Numbered from the whole stretch's first letter, positions 21,138 to 31,838 are shown. The stretch: 63,362 nucleotides of DNA, filler included, from Candidatus Methanoxibalbensis ujae (GCA_026134085.1; 3 parts of 3 records of this genome joined end to end with filler, not necessarily neighbours in it), one strand, 5' to 3'. Program-made: numbers and translations. Notes: generated by a model not told the origin, from the sequence alone.

Positions 21138-21441
21138 GTGACCTTCTCACCTCACTGAAGTGAGGGGAGGTTTCTGCTTCGTTGAAAGAACTTGCCCCAT
21201 TATCAAAGGTGAAATGGAGTATGAGACAACAGGCTCCCCGCTTTAGTATTCTACGAGCAGATATATAATGTGGTGATAAACCCTCTGATTTCTCATTGAA
21301 GGAACACTACAGTCCTACCAGCTCTCTCAGCCATGCAGGTGGCGAATGAATTTCAGAGGCGTCCGAAATTTCAGATGAAAGATTGTGATTCCTCTTCATG
21401 CTTCAAGGCTTCAACCGCTATGCATAGTTATAAAACCGCGC
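21138..21441 (-). mobile_element. Right end of a second, different IS200/IS605-type element; tnpB tail remnant, apparently non-coding
   Basis: Minus strand ends GAAACCTCCCCTCACTTCAGTGAGGTGAGAAGGTCAC (hairpin then TCAC). Residual frame GEPVV..GQVLSTKQKPP resembles TnpB tails, with stops upstream. Cut by the contig end. Confidence 0.65.
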
Positions 21442-21541
21442 NNNNNNNNNNNNNNNNNNNNNNNNNNNNNNNNNNNNNNNNNNNNTTAATTAATTAANNN
21501 NNNNNNNNNNNNNNNNNNNNNNNNNNNNNNNNNNNNNNNNN
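21442..21541. other. Artificial contig linker
   Basis: N44-TTAATTAATTAA-N44, with stops in all six frames. Confidence 0.97.
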
Positions 21542-21649
21542 TGAAGTCCTGGAGATTTCTTTCATGGCATGCTCTACTTGGCAGCTTCTATCATTATGGA
21601 GGGTTTTGGGATGCGCTCTAAGTAAAATAATCCGCATTTCAAATTGCCC

Positions 21650-21957
21650 CTATTTTTCCTTGCAAATCTCCTCAAAATCCTCAAAAGCCTCCTTAACTAT
21701 TTTGTCTTTACCGAAAGGCAGAAATATGACGCAATATGGAAAATCGCTCCATTCTTTCAAGTGATTTTCCCGACTTTTTCGGAAAGAGGATTTGTTAAAG
21801 TCCCGGGACCGATCTCAAGAACTTCAAAGCCTTTATTCGGAATACCATATTCGCCATTTTTCTCCCAAATCAGTCATTCCACTTGCAACGCTCTGAGTGG
21901 ATTTTATTTGAAAATCCCTGTCGTAAGTTTGGACTTTCTAATTCTCTCACTTCTCAT
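21650..21957 (-). pseudogene. Degraded class I SAM-methyltransferase fragment
   Basis: Residual frame EVLEIGPGTLTNPLSEKVGKIT*, flanked by stops and frameshifts. Confidence 0.45.
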
Positions 21958-22071
21958 CTTCTTCCCCTTATCCTACCGGTTTATCCGATATTTCGGCTCT
22001 CTTCTTTTTAACCATAGGATATCTTTTTGTAAAAAAAGCGGGGCGTAGGTGCAAATCACTGCTCTTCTGCT

Positions 22072-22078
22072 GTTATAC
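22072..22078 (-). other. attC-like R'' box (GTATAAC on the minus strand) just after the MTase stop; rest of the site degraded
   Basis: Plus-strand CTGCTGTTATAC resembles the CCGCTGTTATCG ends of the other inter-gene sites. Confidence 0.4.
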
Positions 22079-22084
22079 ATTGTT

Positions 22085-23023
22085 TCACTCATCATTTGTT
22101 TTCATGAATTTAAATTTAGTATTATATTTTATTATACTATTATATTCCTTTATCCTTCTCTCTGCCAGTTTCACATACTCTTCTTCTATATCGTATCCTA
22201 TGTAGAGTCTTCCTGTCTTTATTGCAGCGATTGCTGTCTGTCCGCTTCCCATAAATGGATCCAAAACAACTTCACCCTCATAAGTATAAAGTTGAATTAA
22301 TCTGTATGGCAGCTCAACAGGAAAAGGAGCTGGATGTCCCACTTCTTTAGCTGATACAGCAGGAAACGTCCAGACACTCTTAGTAAACTCAAGAAATTCT
22401 TCCTTTGAAATTGTGCTTTTTCTTTTATTTGTATTCCCTCTTGAAAAAGTGCCCTTGGAGAACACCAAAATATACTCATGAATATCTCGCAAAGTTGGAT
22501 TTGCAGGGGAAAGCCAGGAACCCCACGCCGTAGATGGGCTCGCAGAAGATGCTTTATTCCATATAATTTCTCCTCTCATCAGGAAACCCAATTCAAACAT
22601 ATCTTTGGCAATAAATGCGTGAAGAGGGATGTAAGGTTTCCTTCCCAAATTCGCTATATTGATGCATGCTCTACCCCCAGGAACAAGCACCCTGTAAACT
22701 TCTTTCCACACTCTTTTCAGAAATTCCAGATATTCTTTGAGCGTGAAATCTCTATCATACTCTTTTCCCACATTATAAGGTGGTGAAGTTACCATTAGAT
22801 GAACGCTGTTATCAGGCAACTCTTCCATTTTTTCGGAGGACTTGCAAAATATTTTATTTAAAAATTGAGGAGGAATGGGATTCTCCACATATTTAACTTT
22901 CTGTTCCTTAGGAAGTCCTTCATATAATTTGCTTGTGTAAAAAAGCGTGGAATCATGATTTATTCTGCCAGGAGAACCAAAGGAACTTGTTTTAGTTCTC
23001 CTTTTTCTTCTGTTGTTTCTCAT
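22085..23023 (-). CDS. N4/N6 DNA methyltransferase (beta class), intact
   Basis: VTSPPY precedes HPAPFP and VLDPFMGSG. Confidence 0.92.
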   Translation of the reverse strand: MRNNRRKRRTKTSSFGSPGRINHDSTLFYTSKLYEGLPKEQKVKYVENPIPPQFLNKIFCKSSEKMEELPDNSVHLMVTSPPYNVGKEYDRDFTLKEYLEFLKRVWKEVYRVLVPGGRACINIANLGRKPYIPLHAFIAKDMFELGFLMRGEIIWNKASSASPSTAWGSWLSPANPTLRDIHEYILVFSKGTFSRGNTNKRKSTISKEEFLEFTKSVWTFPAVSAKEVGHPAPFPVELPYRLIQLYTYEGEVVLDPFMGSGQTAIAAIKTGRLYIGYDIEEEYVKLAERRIKEYNSIIKYNTKFKFMKTNDE

Positions 23024-23026
23024 TTT

Positions 23027-23245
23027 AATCTTCCCTCCAGTAATCCACCCATCTTTTATAGGGTTATAGTCTATTTTTGTCTTCTGCCAGTTTATGATAA
23101 CTAGATAAATTATCCTTAACTAAACTTGATAAAGCTTCTTTGGTTATCTCCACACCTCTTGGTTTTGTTCTTGGTTTGTGAATTTTTATATATTTATCCC
23201 TCACAATTTGCCAAAGATTTCCTCTTGGGCTTCTAATGGTTAAAT
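23027..23245 (-). pseudogene. C-terminal remnant of a ThaI-like Type II restriction endonuclease
   Basis: Fragments KYIKIHKPRTKPRGVEITKEAL and INWQKTKIDYNP in different frames, directly upstream of the MTase; family recalled from memory. Confidence 0.55.
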
Positions 23246-23261
23246 TTTAATAGACCCGTAA

Positions 23262-23317
23262 AATGCGAAGTTCGGCTTTGCCTGAGAGCGAAGCATAGCT
23301 GTATTCCGCTGTTATCG
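23262..23317 (-). other. Partial attC-like site
   Basis: Shares TCCGCTGTTATCGGAAGT exactly with the 51302-51375 site and TTCGGCTTTGC with the 24873 site. Confidence 0.6.
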
Positions 23318-23326
23318 GAAGTTTGC

Positions 23327-24213
23327 TTATTCATGATGATCTCCTCTTTCTTGATATTCAAACAATGTAAGAGAGAATTTTTGGTTATTTACTTTTCTAT
23401 GTCTTCCAACAAATTCTCCTTTTTCCTTCCTTTCCTTAAAAGTTTTCCTGACCACATGTCTTGATAGTTCTTCCTCAACTGCCTTAATCTCATTTCTATA
23501 ATTTTTCAACCTTTTAATGCTGTATTCTACATATTCTTTAGATATGTCGATTCCTATGTAATGATAACCCAATATTTTGGCAGCAACAAGAGTTGTACCA
23601 CTACCACAGTACGGATCTATTATAATTCCATCACTTTTCTCATCCATAATGGAGTAAATAGCTCTTACGGGTAATGCAATAGGAAAAGGAGCGGGATGCG
23701 GATTATTGTTTTCAGGTGGGAAACGCCAGATAGATGTAAGCAACGCATGCCTCGGTTTTAATTCTTTCCCAATGATATTTTTCCCTTCCGGTTTATACAA
23801 CCAATATATGCGCTCCTCTACCTGCCAAAAACGCCATCCTCTTATATTTGCAGCGATCATCCTGTCCCAAATTATCTCCTGCCTTATCACCCATTTTGTT
23901 TTTCTTAACCAATCCATAGGATGTAGCATAAATCCCCTTTCCCATCGTAGTTTATGATTATAGAAAAAAGAGCCACCTGGTTTAATAACTCTGTAAAGTT
24001 CATTCAATACTTCAATTTGAATCCTTTGGTATTCTTCTTCTGGAAGATTATCAGTTGCACCCGTGTATACTACTTTGTCCACCAGCCATCCTTTCTTATT
24101 TTCTCTTTTGTTATATGGGGGGGATGTTATACCCATGTCTAATTAGTAGGCAATTTTTTTAGAGTCTCCAGAGCATCGCCGCATATCACCTTATCAAGGA
24201 AATCCTCAATCAT
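23327..24213 (-). pseudogene. N4/N6 DNA methyltransferase (beta class), frameshifted near the N-terminus
   Basis: MIEDFLDKVICGDALETLKKLPTN* then GITSPPY...HPAPFP...DPYCGSG in another frame (break at ~24140). Confidence 0.8.
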
Positions 24214-24845
24214 CCGGAGCCACCTCCATTAAAAATCTATAAAATCCTTTAACAATATTATTTCTGTATTTTTCAAGTTCTGATTTAGAGAGACAAAAAA
24301 CCACTCTTAGATCATCACATTCCATAAAATCTCTATAATCAAAATTTGCACTCCTGAGAAACTGTCCTCTTACATCTCCATTGGGAAATCTCCTATTCAA
24401 TTGTTGCCTTAACTTTGAAGCAAAAGAATTACACCTGAAAGGAAACTCCAAAATATATATTAGCCTTCCATCAACAAATCCACTAACTGACATATGTAGG
24501 TTTTCTTTTAAATCTCTTTGCAAATGTTCGTGAGTATAATCAAATTTCCACCGCCATTTAATTTGCGTTTCTTATCACTTCTTACATGTTTTGTTTTTGC
24601 TTCACACATTAGAGGTCTTCCATAAACATTCTGTTTATATCTATTATAATTTTACCTTCTGTACGAGTATAACCCGCAATTGTCACTGTCAGATCATAAT
24701 GTAGAGGAATTCTTGTCATTTATGTACATTGTAATTAGGTCTATCAAAACGGCTTGTTCTTTGATTTTCCTAAAAGATACTCATTCAGTTCTCTGTCTGA
24801 CTTCGTGGCATATATTCTTATTATTTCCGCCAACTCTTTGTTCAT
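24206..24845 (-). pseudogene. Putative Type II restriction endonuclease, multiply frameshifted
   Basis: ATG at 24845; CEAK (ExK-like) fragment; C-terminal ORF 24206-24523; stop overlaps the start of the MTase. Confidence 0.55.
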
Positions 24846-24872
24846 TTATTCACCTCCCACAAGGCAAATTTA

Positions 24873-24947
24873 TGCTAACGAGTGTCGGACATACGAATTT
24901 CGGCTTTGCTGCCAAGGCGGAGCGTAACCGTGTGTTCACAGGCGATG
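24873..24947 (-). other. attC-like site (R' GTTAGCA; R'' degraded)
   Basis: TGCTAAC followed by inverted repeat GGACATACG/CGTGTGTTC; lies between two RM gene pairs. Confidence 0.6.
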
Positions 24948-24952
24948 TCATA

Positions 24953-26213
24953 TTATTTCCCCTTTCTCAAAATGACTATGTATTCGTGATTCATTGTCGT
25001 ATCTGTTACTCCAGCTATATTACTCGGACTATTTCTTTTAGGCATCCTTTTATTTGGAATTTCTCTTATTATAGTTTTTATATGCTCAAATCCCTCTCTT
25101 TCAAAGAACTCTCTTGTTATCTCATCATTTGGTATTTCAATTCCTTTTACCCTCCTGTTGCCCACCACATAAGCTACTATTCCTCTTTTTTTTAACTATT
25201 TTAGAAACATTGTTTATTGATCTTTCATAATCTATGTAAAAAGATATTACATCATACACTCTGTTTTTGTCTATATCTGCAATCTTTGATATTACCTCAT
25301 CAAGAGGTTCAAAATCAAAACTTTTAATTACTCTTCTCCTTAAGCCTCCTATACCCTTTTTATCAACTTCGTTTAATTCTTCAAATCCCAACCATTGATT
25401 GCTCAATCGTGAAAATTGTCCATAAGCCACGGTGGTTCTTGAATCTCCGTGGGGAGGTGAAGTTATTATTATATCTACACTTTCCGATGGGAGTATGCTT
25501 TCAGGAATTTTATAAACTGTGTTAAAATCATAGATTTTAGATTCTGCTTTGTTGTTTTTTAAACGGATATACTCAGCCATTCCGTTTCTGTTCCGTATTA
25601 ACTTATCAATCATTACGGACAAAACATTTGGATTGAATTTTTCTATTTGCTTTTTGGTCATTCTGTATAACTTGAATTCACTGTTTCTTGTCAATGAAAC
25701 CTCTCGCACAGTCTCACTAAATGCCACCTTAAAAAAGTCCTGAATGTCTTTATCTTTAATCTGTTCAATATATTCTTTAACGACAGCAAGCCAATATTGG
25801 GTTTCTTCTTTAAACCAATAATCAATATTCTCAAAATTGGGGATAGCAGGTTTGGTTTTTATTTTTCCCAGTTGTATTGAAAATACAAAGTCATTAAAAT
25901 CTTCCAAATACAAATCCAATGATTTGAGCGGGATCACTGTTGTCTTAGCTTTTGCAATTAATCGTGCTAATGGATTTATATCTGTGCCAATAGCATTTAT
26001 TCCTCTTAGATTTGCTTCTACCAATGAGGTCCCTGTGCCACAGTATGGATCGAATAGAAGTTTAGCCTCTTTCCCGAACTCGTCTAAAATTCGTCCGGCG
26101 ACCTGAGGGATCATCATTGCTGGGTACGGATGGAAGCAATGAGTATACTGTTTTGTATTTGCGGTTCGAAAATCCCAAGTCTCATCTCTATATTTTTTTG
26201 TCATTATTTGCAT
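24953..26213 (-). pseudogene. MvaI-like N4-cytosine methyltransferase, frameshifted
   Basis: FHPYPAMMIP, DPYCGTGTS, TSPPH (canonical SPPY altered). An A8 run at 25186-25193 shifts the C-terminal VVGNRRVKG...NHEYIVIL out of frame. Confidence 0.8.
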
Positions 26214-26214
26214 T

Positions 26215-26905
26215 TCAAATAAGCCTCCTTTTATGCTTGTAAAGTTCCATTAAATCTTTTTCTTTGATACGAAATGCGGTTCCTCTGTTTCTTAGAGCTC
26301 CACTCTCTTTGCATTCTGATATCAATACCTATTAATGAATTTTTAAATGCTTTCAAAAAATTTCGAGGACTTGGATCCGTCAATAAATAGGCTTCGTTGT
26401 AGTGGAAATATTCCTCACCCTGTTCAACTTTTCTATCAGCTATAATTATCAACAATCTGCTTAACTTTGTCATAAATGTTCCAACTATAACATAAACGTC
26501 CCATGTAGCTAAGATTTCTTTGTTTTTGAGTCAACTAAATGGATAGTGTTTTTGTTTTCATCCACATCCAAGAATATTCCCTGTGGAATTGGTCTTCCAT
26601 ACCGTGTTTTTTAGAGCATATCTCCCTTTTTCATCAATACAGCCGTACTTTTGTACGAGTTCTTTCTGTTTAATATGCCAAACTCCACGATTGAAGGTAA
26701 AAAGTGTAATTAAAGATTGAGAATCTCTCCTTATAGTTTTTATTTCAACCCTCCCCCCGATATCTGGGATCGGAATATTATTCTCCTGCACACCAAAAAG
26801 AGTTTCAAAAGTATATCCAATTCCTGTGGAACCCCTCCTCAGTGATTGGATGAAACCTTTATTTTTAATTTCTTGAAGTTTGGTTGTTACCTCTTTCAAT
26901 CTCAT
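26215..26905 (-). pseudogene. MvaI/BcnI-family restriction endonuclease, frameshifted
   Basis: RRGSTGIGYTFETLFG..ENN..PD..VEIK..LITLFT in one frame; EEYFHY, IDIRM, RNRGTAFR in others. Confidence 0.82.
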
Positions 26906-26939
26906 CTTCTCATCTACTGCCTCTCTGGCGGTCAGTTTC

Positions 26940-27000
26940 GCCCAACTGGCTAACTGGCGGGTATGCCGAGCGAAGCGCAGCTGAGCCAGATATTTCCGAC
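26940..27000 (-). other. attC-like remnant (R' GTTGGGC) upstream of the MvaI-like pair
   Basis: Plus-strand GCCCAAC followed by GC-rich sequence containing GCGAAGC, as in the other sites. Confidence 0.45.
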
Positions 27001-27029
27001 GGGGAAAAGAAGCAATTGCCGCCTTATTG

Positions 27030-27344
27030 TCATTCTACGACAACAGCTGTTCCACTTGCACTCACCATCAACATGCTCTGTCCCACTGTCTCATAATCCA
27101 AATCAACGCTTAAAATGGCGTTCGCACCAAGCTTTTTTGCTTCTTCTATCATCTCATTTATCGCTATTTCCTTTGCCTTTCTCAGCTCCTTTTCATATGC
27201 TCCCGCTCTTCCTCCCACAATATCCCTTATCCCCGCAAACAGGTCCTTAAATATATTTGCACCCATTATCGCTTCTCCACTCACAAGACCCAAATACTTC
27301 ACAATTTTTTTACCTTCCACAGTCGGCGTTGTCGATACCAACAT
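27030..27344 (-). CDS. YbjQ/UPF0145 family protein
   Basis: [40 protein letters not shown]. Confidence 0.92.
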   Translation of the reverse strand: MLVSTTPTVEGKKIVKYLGLVSGEAIMGANIFKDLFAGIRDIVGGRAGAYEKELRKAKEIAINEMIEEAKKLGANAILSVDLDYETVGQSMLMVSASGTAVVVE

Positions 27345-27575
27345 TTTACATCCCCCTCCTATTATTCACTTCTTTTAATACTTTAATATTAATATCCGCT
27401 CGGCTTCCCGCGGAGTATGTGACCTCCTCCAGCTCAGTCCCATATCATCCCGGCATCCCCCTCAGCGGGCTCAGCAGGCTCAGCAGAAAAGAGCTTTGGC
27501 AGGCTCGCAGAGTCCCCATGCCCGCAGCGGTGCGAGTGTGTGGAGGTCGCAAACCGGGTTTCCTGTTGCAGGAGG

Positions 27576-28286
27576 TCAGCAGTCAATCGTTTCTATGATG
27601 GCGAGAAGCAGTTTTCGCAGGTCTTCCCGTTTTGAAGCGTGATTGACGATATCCTCATAATGCAGTTCTTCGTCTGTGATGCCATGCGCATAGTTGTCAA
27701 CTGTGCTTATGTTCGCGTATTTTATGCCGAGCTCACATGCGAGCGTCGCTTCTGATGCCATGTTCATGCCGACTATGTCCGCGAACTTGCGTATCATCGC
27801 TATCTCCGCTTTTGTCTCAAGACGAGGACCGACTGTCTGGAAGTATATGCCGTGATCCACCACATCTATTGCGAGGTCACGGGCCACTTTTATTATCGTG
27901 TGTCTGAGCCCCTCATCGAGTTTGGGGGTCACATGAACCAATCTGTCATCGTAATATGTGGGTATATTGCACAAACTGATGAAATCATGTGGCACAACGA
28001 TGCATCCTGGCTTTATCTCCATTTTGAGGCTTCCAGCGGATGTCACACCGATTACCTTCTCAATTCCCAACTGCCTGAAAGCGAGCATGTTCGCGTGATG
28101 ATTCACGCGGTGCGGTGGTATGTTGTGATGTCTGCCGTGTCGCTGTATGAATGCGATTTCCTCATCCTTCAGAACGACCGGAACGCTTCCGTATTCTGTA
28201 ACAATCTCACGCTCCTCAACACGCTCAAACAGAAAAAGCGACTTGGCCAGGAAATTTGTTCCTCCAATTATGCCGAGCGATGACAT
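27576..28286 (-). CDS. MTAP/MTIP-type purine nucleoside phosphorylase
   Basis: GIIGGT, RHG..PPHRVN, GPRLETKAEI, VGM, VDNYA. Confidence 0.88.
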   Translation of the reverse strand: MSSLGIIGGTNFLAKSLFLFERVEEREIVTEYGSVPVVLKDEEIAFIQRHGRHHNIPPHRVNHHANMLAFRQLGIEKVIGVTSAGSLKMEIKPGCIVVPHDFISLCNIPTYYDDRLVHVTPKLDEGLRHTIIKVARDLAIDVVDHGIYFQTVGPRLETKAEIAMIRKFADIVGMNMASEATLACELGIKYANISTVDNYAHGITDEELHYEDIVNHASKREDLRKLLLAIIETIDC

Positions 28287-28300
28287 CGTCAGGATGGCGT

Positions 28301-28975
28301 TTATGAGGTTACATTACCCGATGAGTTTACCCTCTCACTCCTTTGCTTTCTTTTCTTTTCTTCCGCTTCTTCTTTCTGTATGATGTTCAGCCACTTTCTT
28401 ACTTTCGCAACTATCTCATTCAGTTTTTCCTGCGGGCAGCTCTCATGTCGCACGATACCTGACACTATATCAACGAGTTTTCCTGTGGTCTCTCCGTCTT
28501 TACGGATTGTGCTCACGCCTATATCCTCAAAATCACTGAAGCTCACCGGGCACTGGCAGAGGACGATTGCATATATTTTCACGCGCTTCAGTACGAATCT
28601 CACCTTGTATATGAAGTGCATTTTCACATTTCCGTGATGGAGGAGTGCGAGTTTATGTCTGCTCATGAATTCTATTTCACGAGGCTCCATACCGAAGACC
28701 ACACCATGACCCCCGCTTATGAGAGGAGCATCAGCTGGCATGCCGTCTCCCGCGTTGAGCACGAGCTCGCTCACGTTTATGCCTCTGTCACGCAGCTCTG
28801 TTGTTATCTCGCAGACAGGCTTTGGCACATGCCGTGAGCCGGGAGACATGGCAACCGCGACCACATCTGTCTTGAGTGCTTTTGCAAATGTGCCTCGCTG
28901 TGCCAGTCCGCCGCCAAGACCGAGACCGACTCCTTTCCTGCAGATGACAAGTTGCGTCTCTCTACCCACTGGCAT
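28301..28975 (-). CDS. mcrC: Methyl-coenzyme M reductase operon protein C-like
   Basis: GRETQLVICRKGVGLGLGGGLAQRGTFA, VAMSPGSRHVPKPVCEIT, LNAG.G.P, IVSGIVR. Confidence 0.9.
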   Translation of the reverse strand: MPVGRETQLVICRKGVGLGLGGGLAQRGTFAKALKTDVVAVAMSPGSRHVPKPVCEITTELRDRGINVSELVLNAGDGMPADAPLISGGHGVVFGMEPREIEFMSRHKLALLHHGNVKMHFIYKVRFVLKRVKIYAIVLCQCPVSFSDFEDIGVSTIRKDGETTGKLVDIVSGIVRHESCPQEKLNEIVAKVRKWLNIIQKEEAEEKKRKQRSERVNSSGNVTS

Positions 28976-28991
28976 CTGTCCACAACTCCAT

Positions 28992-30602
28992 TTATGATGC
29001 TTTTCCTCTCAAATCCTCCATTTTCACTATTTTACCGTCTTTCATGTGTGCGATCCTGTCACAGACATCGTAAGCGAAATCAATATCGTGCGTTACGATG
29101 AGGAATGTGACACCCAGGTTTTCGCGGGCTGCTCTTATTGTTGTTGCAACATATTTCTTGGTGACGGGGTCCATTGTTCCCGTTGGCTCATCAAGAATTG
29201 CGATGTCAGGCTCTTTCATAAGCACCTGTGCGAGCGCAACTCTCTGTCTCTCACCGACACTCAGCTCGTCATGCGTCTTGTTCAGGATTTTCTCAGCCTC
29301 CTGCTCAGTGAATCCAACTCCCGTGAGGACGAATTTGGCTTTCATCTTAGCAAGCTCCTCGGGAAGCCGCAGTCCGATGCATGTTGTCAGGTTCTCAAAC
29401 ACAGTCTTTCCCGCATAAAGCGAATATTCCTGATGCAACATCGCCACATGGCTCAGCACCTCCCCTCTTCCAGGTGTGGTCGCTGCCCACGATATCCATG
29501 TTCCTTTCTCAGCCTGCCTTCCCACATCTATCCACTTATCCCCCGAACGGACAAGGACAGAACCTCCTGTGAGCGAATCTATTCCCGCAATTATCCTCGC
29601 AAGCGATGTCTTACCGGCGCCGCTCTTTCCGAGAAGACCGAATATCTCGCCCTCATGCACCTCAAAGGAGACATCATCAACAGCCTTCACAATGCCGCGG
29701 TGAAGCGAATAGTAGTATTTCTTGCAGTGAACCACCCTTATCTTGGGTTCACCTATTTTCACCTCTTCCTCCCTGCCTATGTCCTCAATCTCCTTCTCAA
29801 ATTCCTCAACGATCTTATCCGCAGGTCCGTATGCCACAACCTCACCACTCTCAAGCCACAGCGCATTCTCAGCAAGGTCCCTTATGACATGCGGCCAGTG
29901 AGATGTCACTATCATCGTCATACCTCTCCCCGCAACATCTTTAAGCGATCTGTGCACGAGCTTTGCAGTCTCGGGGTCAAGTGTTCCCGTGGGCTCATCT
30001 GCGAGCAGTATGATGGGGTCAAGTGCGAGCTGCCTCGCCAACACGACTCTCTGCTTCTCGCCTCCACTCAGGTCCCTCGCGGGAAATGTCACGCGATGAA
30101 GCATGTTCACCGACTTCAACAGCTCAAATGCACGGCGAAGACGCTTGCCTGAGGGATATCCACGGCGCTCAAGTGCCTCAAGAACATTGTGCATCACCGT
30201 CTCCTCACCATAAAGCCCGAATGTGCGTTGAAGCATGATCGCAATACGACGGCGGAGAGCCCTCCTCACATCCTTGTCGGTCTCGTTCCAGTAATCTATC
30301 TCACGCAGCTCATACTTGCTCCCACATCGCTCACATTCCTCACCAGCAGCACTCGGCAGCTGCACATCAAGACATGATGGACACATCGCCACACGATATA
30401 TCACCTTTCCACTCGTCGGCGCATATTCTTTTGTGCACCTGATCATGTGCAACAGTATTGATTTTCCAGCGCCGCTCCTCCCGAGAAGCCCGAGCGTCTC
30501 TCCCTCCTTTATCTCAAGGCTCACATCATTCAACACCCTGTTTCCATTGAACTCCTTGCTCACATTCAGCACTTTCACGATCGTCTCCTTATCTTCACTC
30601 AT
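28992..30602 (-). CDS. atwA: MCR activation component A2 (tandem ABC ATPase)
   Basis: Two ABC cassettes, CxxC..CxxC Zn insertion, [18 protein letters not shown]. Confidence 0.92.
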   Translation of the reverse strand: MSEDKETIVKVLNVSKEFNGNRVLNDVSLEIKEGETLGLLGRSGAGKSILLHMIRCTKEYAPTSGKVIYRVAMCPSCLDVQLPSAAGEECERCGSKYELREIDYWNETDKDVRRALRRRIAIMLQRTFGLYGEETVMHNVLEALERRGYPSGKRLRRAFELLKSVNMLHRVTFPARDLSGGEKQRVVLARQLALDPIILLADEPTGTLDPETAKLVHRSLKDVAGRGMTMIVTSHWPHVIRDLAENALWLESGEVVAYGPADKIVEEFEKEIEDIGREEEVKIGEPKIRVVHCKKYYYSLHRGIVKAVDDVSFEVHEGEIFGLLGKSGAGKTSLARIIAGIDSLTGGSVLVRSGDKWIDVGRQAEKGTWISWAATTPGRGEVLSHVAMLHQEYSLYAGKTVFENLTTCIGLRLPEELAKMKAKFVLTGVGFTEQEAEKILNKTHDELSVGERQRVALAQVLMKEPDIAILDEPTGTMDPVTKKYVATTIRAARENLGVTFLIVTHDIDFAYDVCDRIAHMKDGKIVKMEDLRGKAS

Positions 30603-30720
30603 TTCCTCAGTTTTCCTATTCTCTCATTTTATTATTATTATCAACTGCTTTTCTCAAACTCACATGCAAACGATGCTCGCGGGCAGGCGATGCTCGCAGC
30701 GCTGAGATGAACCCGAGCGC

Positions 30721-31761
30721 TTATCTCCTCCTCTTTTTCCGCCTTTTCACATTTTTTTGCCTTCCCGCCGACTGAGCTGTTGATCCCGCTGTATGACCTG
30801 AAAGAGCAGATGATGTGGCGGCTGGTGCAGACGCCATGTATTTTGCGGCTTTCTTTGTTTCAATTCTCATGATATACCATCTGAGTATGCCCGCATTCAT
30901 CATCCATGTGTTCATCAGATCGACCGTCAGTCCGAAGAGAAGCACGACTGAAATGTCCCTCAGCATTTCTATTGTCGGAAATCCGCGCCACAGCAGGGGC
31001 AGGAGAGTTGACACGAAAAACATCGCAAACACCGCTCCGATAGTGGTTGATGTCATGGTCAGCCCCGTCTTCATCGCACTCCTCACTCTGTCGTTTAGTT
31101 CGCCTCTCCCCCTGATCACCTTCATCGTGAGCAGAATATCAGAGTCAACAGAGTAACCGATGAGCATGAGAAGCGCCGCCACTGTGCCGAGAGAGAGCTC
31201 TATTGATACGAGATTCATACATGCAGTTGCAATGACAATGTCAGAAAGTGCTGACAATATGACTGCGACTGACGGAACAGGAGTTCTGAACACAATGAAA
31301 ACGACAAATGCCATCGCCAAAAACGCTATCAGCACAGCATTCACCGCTTGCTCGAGATATCTCTCCCCGACAACCCCGCTTATGTCGCTCGGAATCTCAA
31401 ACGCGCCGCCGAATTCTCTGTGTAAAGTCTCATTCAGTCTCTCTTTCTCCTCCTTGCTCATGGGACCGAACATGAGCATCACACCTGAAACGCCGCCCTC
31501 CTCCTCAAACTTGCTGACGCTTTCAAGCGGAAATTGCGCAAGCTTCTCCCTGATCACATCTTCAGATTCCACAACCTTCAACTTCACAACAGTCCCGCCT
31601 GTGAAGTCCATTCCAAGTTTGACCGGCGAGCCCGTGCTGAAATGCATGTATCCAAGCGCGGAAATTGCGATGAGAAATATCACAATGGGAACAAGCACCA
31701 TCTTGGTCACTGAATACCTCGTCACATCAATCTTCTCAATGATTTCATCCATACTCAGCAT
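30721..31761 (-). CDS. secF: Protein translocase subunit SecF
   Basis: LGMDFTGG, IVFRT, ALLMLIGYSVDSDILL, DLMNTW. Confidence 0.92.
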   Translation of the reverse strand: MLSMDEIIEKIDVTRYSVTKMVLVPIVIFLIAISALGYMHFSTGSPVKLGMDFTGGTVVKLKVVESEDVIREKLAQFPLESVSKFEEEGGVSGVMLMFGPMSKEEKERLNETLHREFGGAFEIPSDISGVVGERYLEQAVNAVLIAFLAMAFVVFIVFRTPVPSVAVILSALSDIVIATACMNLVSIELSLGTVAALLMLIGYSVDSDILLTMKVIRGRGELNDRVRSAMKTGLTMTSTTIGAVFAMFFVSTLLPLLWRGFPTIEMLRDISVVLLFGLTVDLMNTWMMNAGILRWYIMRIETKKAAKYMASAPAATSSALSGHTAGSTAQSAGRQKNVKRRKKRRR

Positions 31762-31838
31762 CGTTTTCCCCTCTCCGCTTGTTCTCACCCGACCGCCTTT
31801 GATGCGGCGGTGATGATGTGGCGGTGATGATGTGTGAT

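Noticed and set aside
21486..21497. TTAATTAATTAA palindrome inside N runs (also 42504-42515)
   Set aside because: Identical artificial six-frame-stop linker; not biological.
29046..30152. Long antisense ORFs (also 33411-34238, 32610-33368, 31160-31813, 44765-45328)
   Set aside because: Shadows of well-supported genes on the opposite strand; no motifs.
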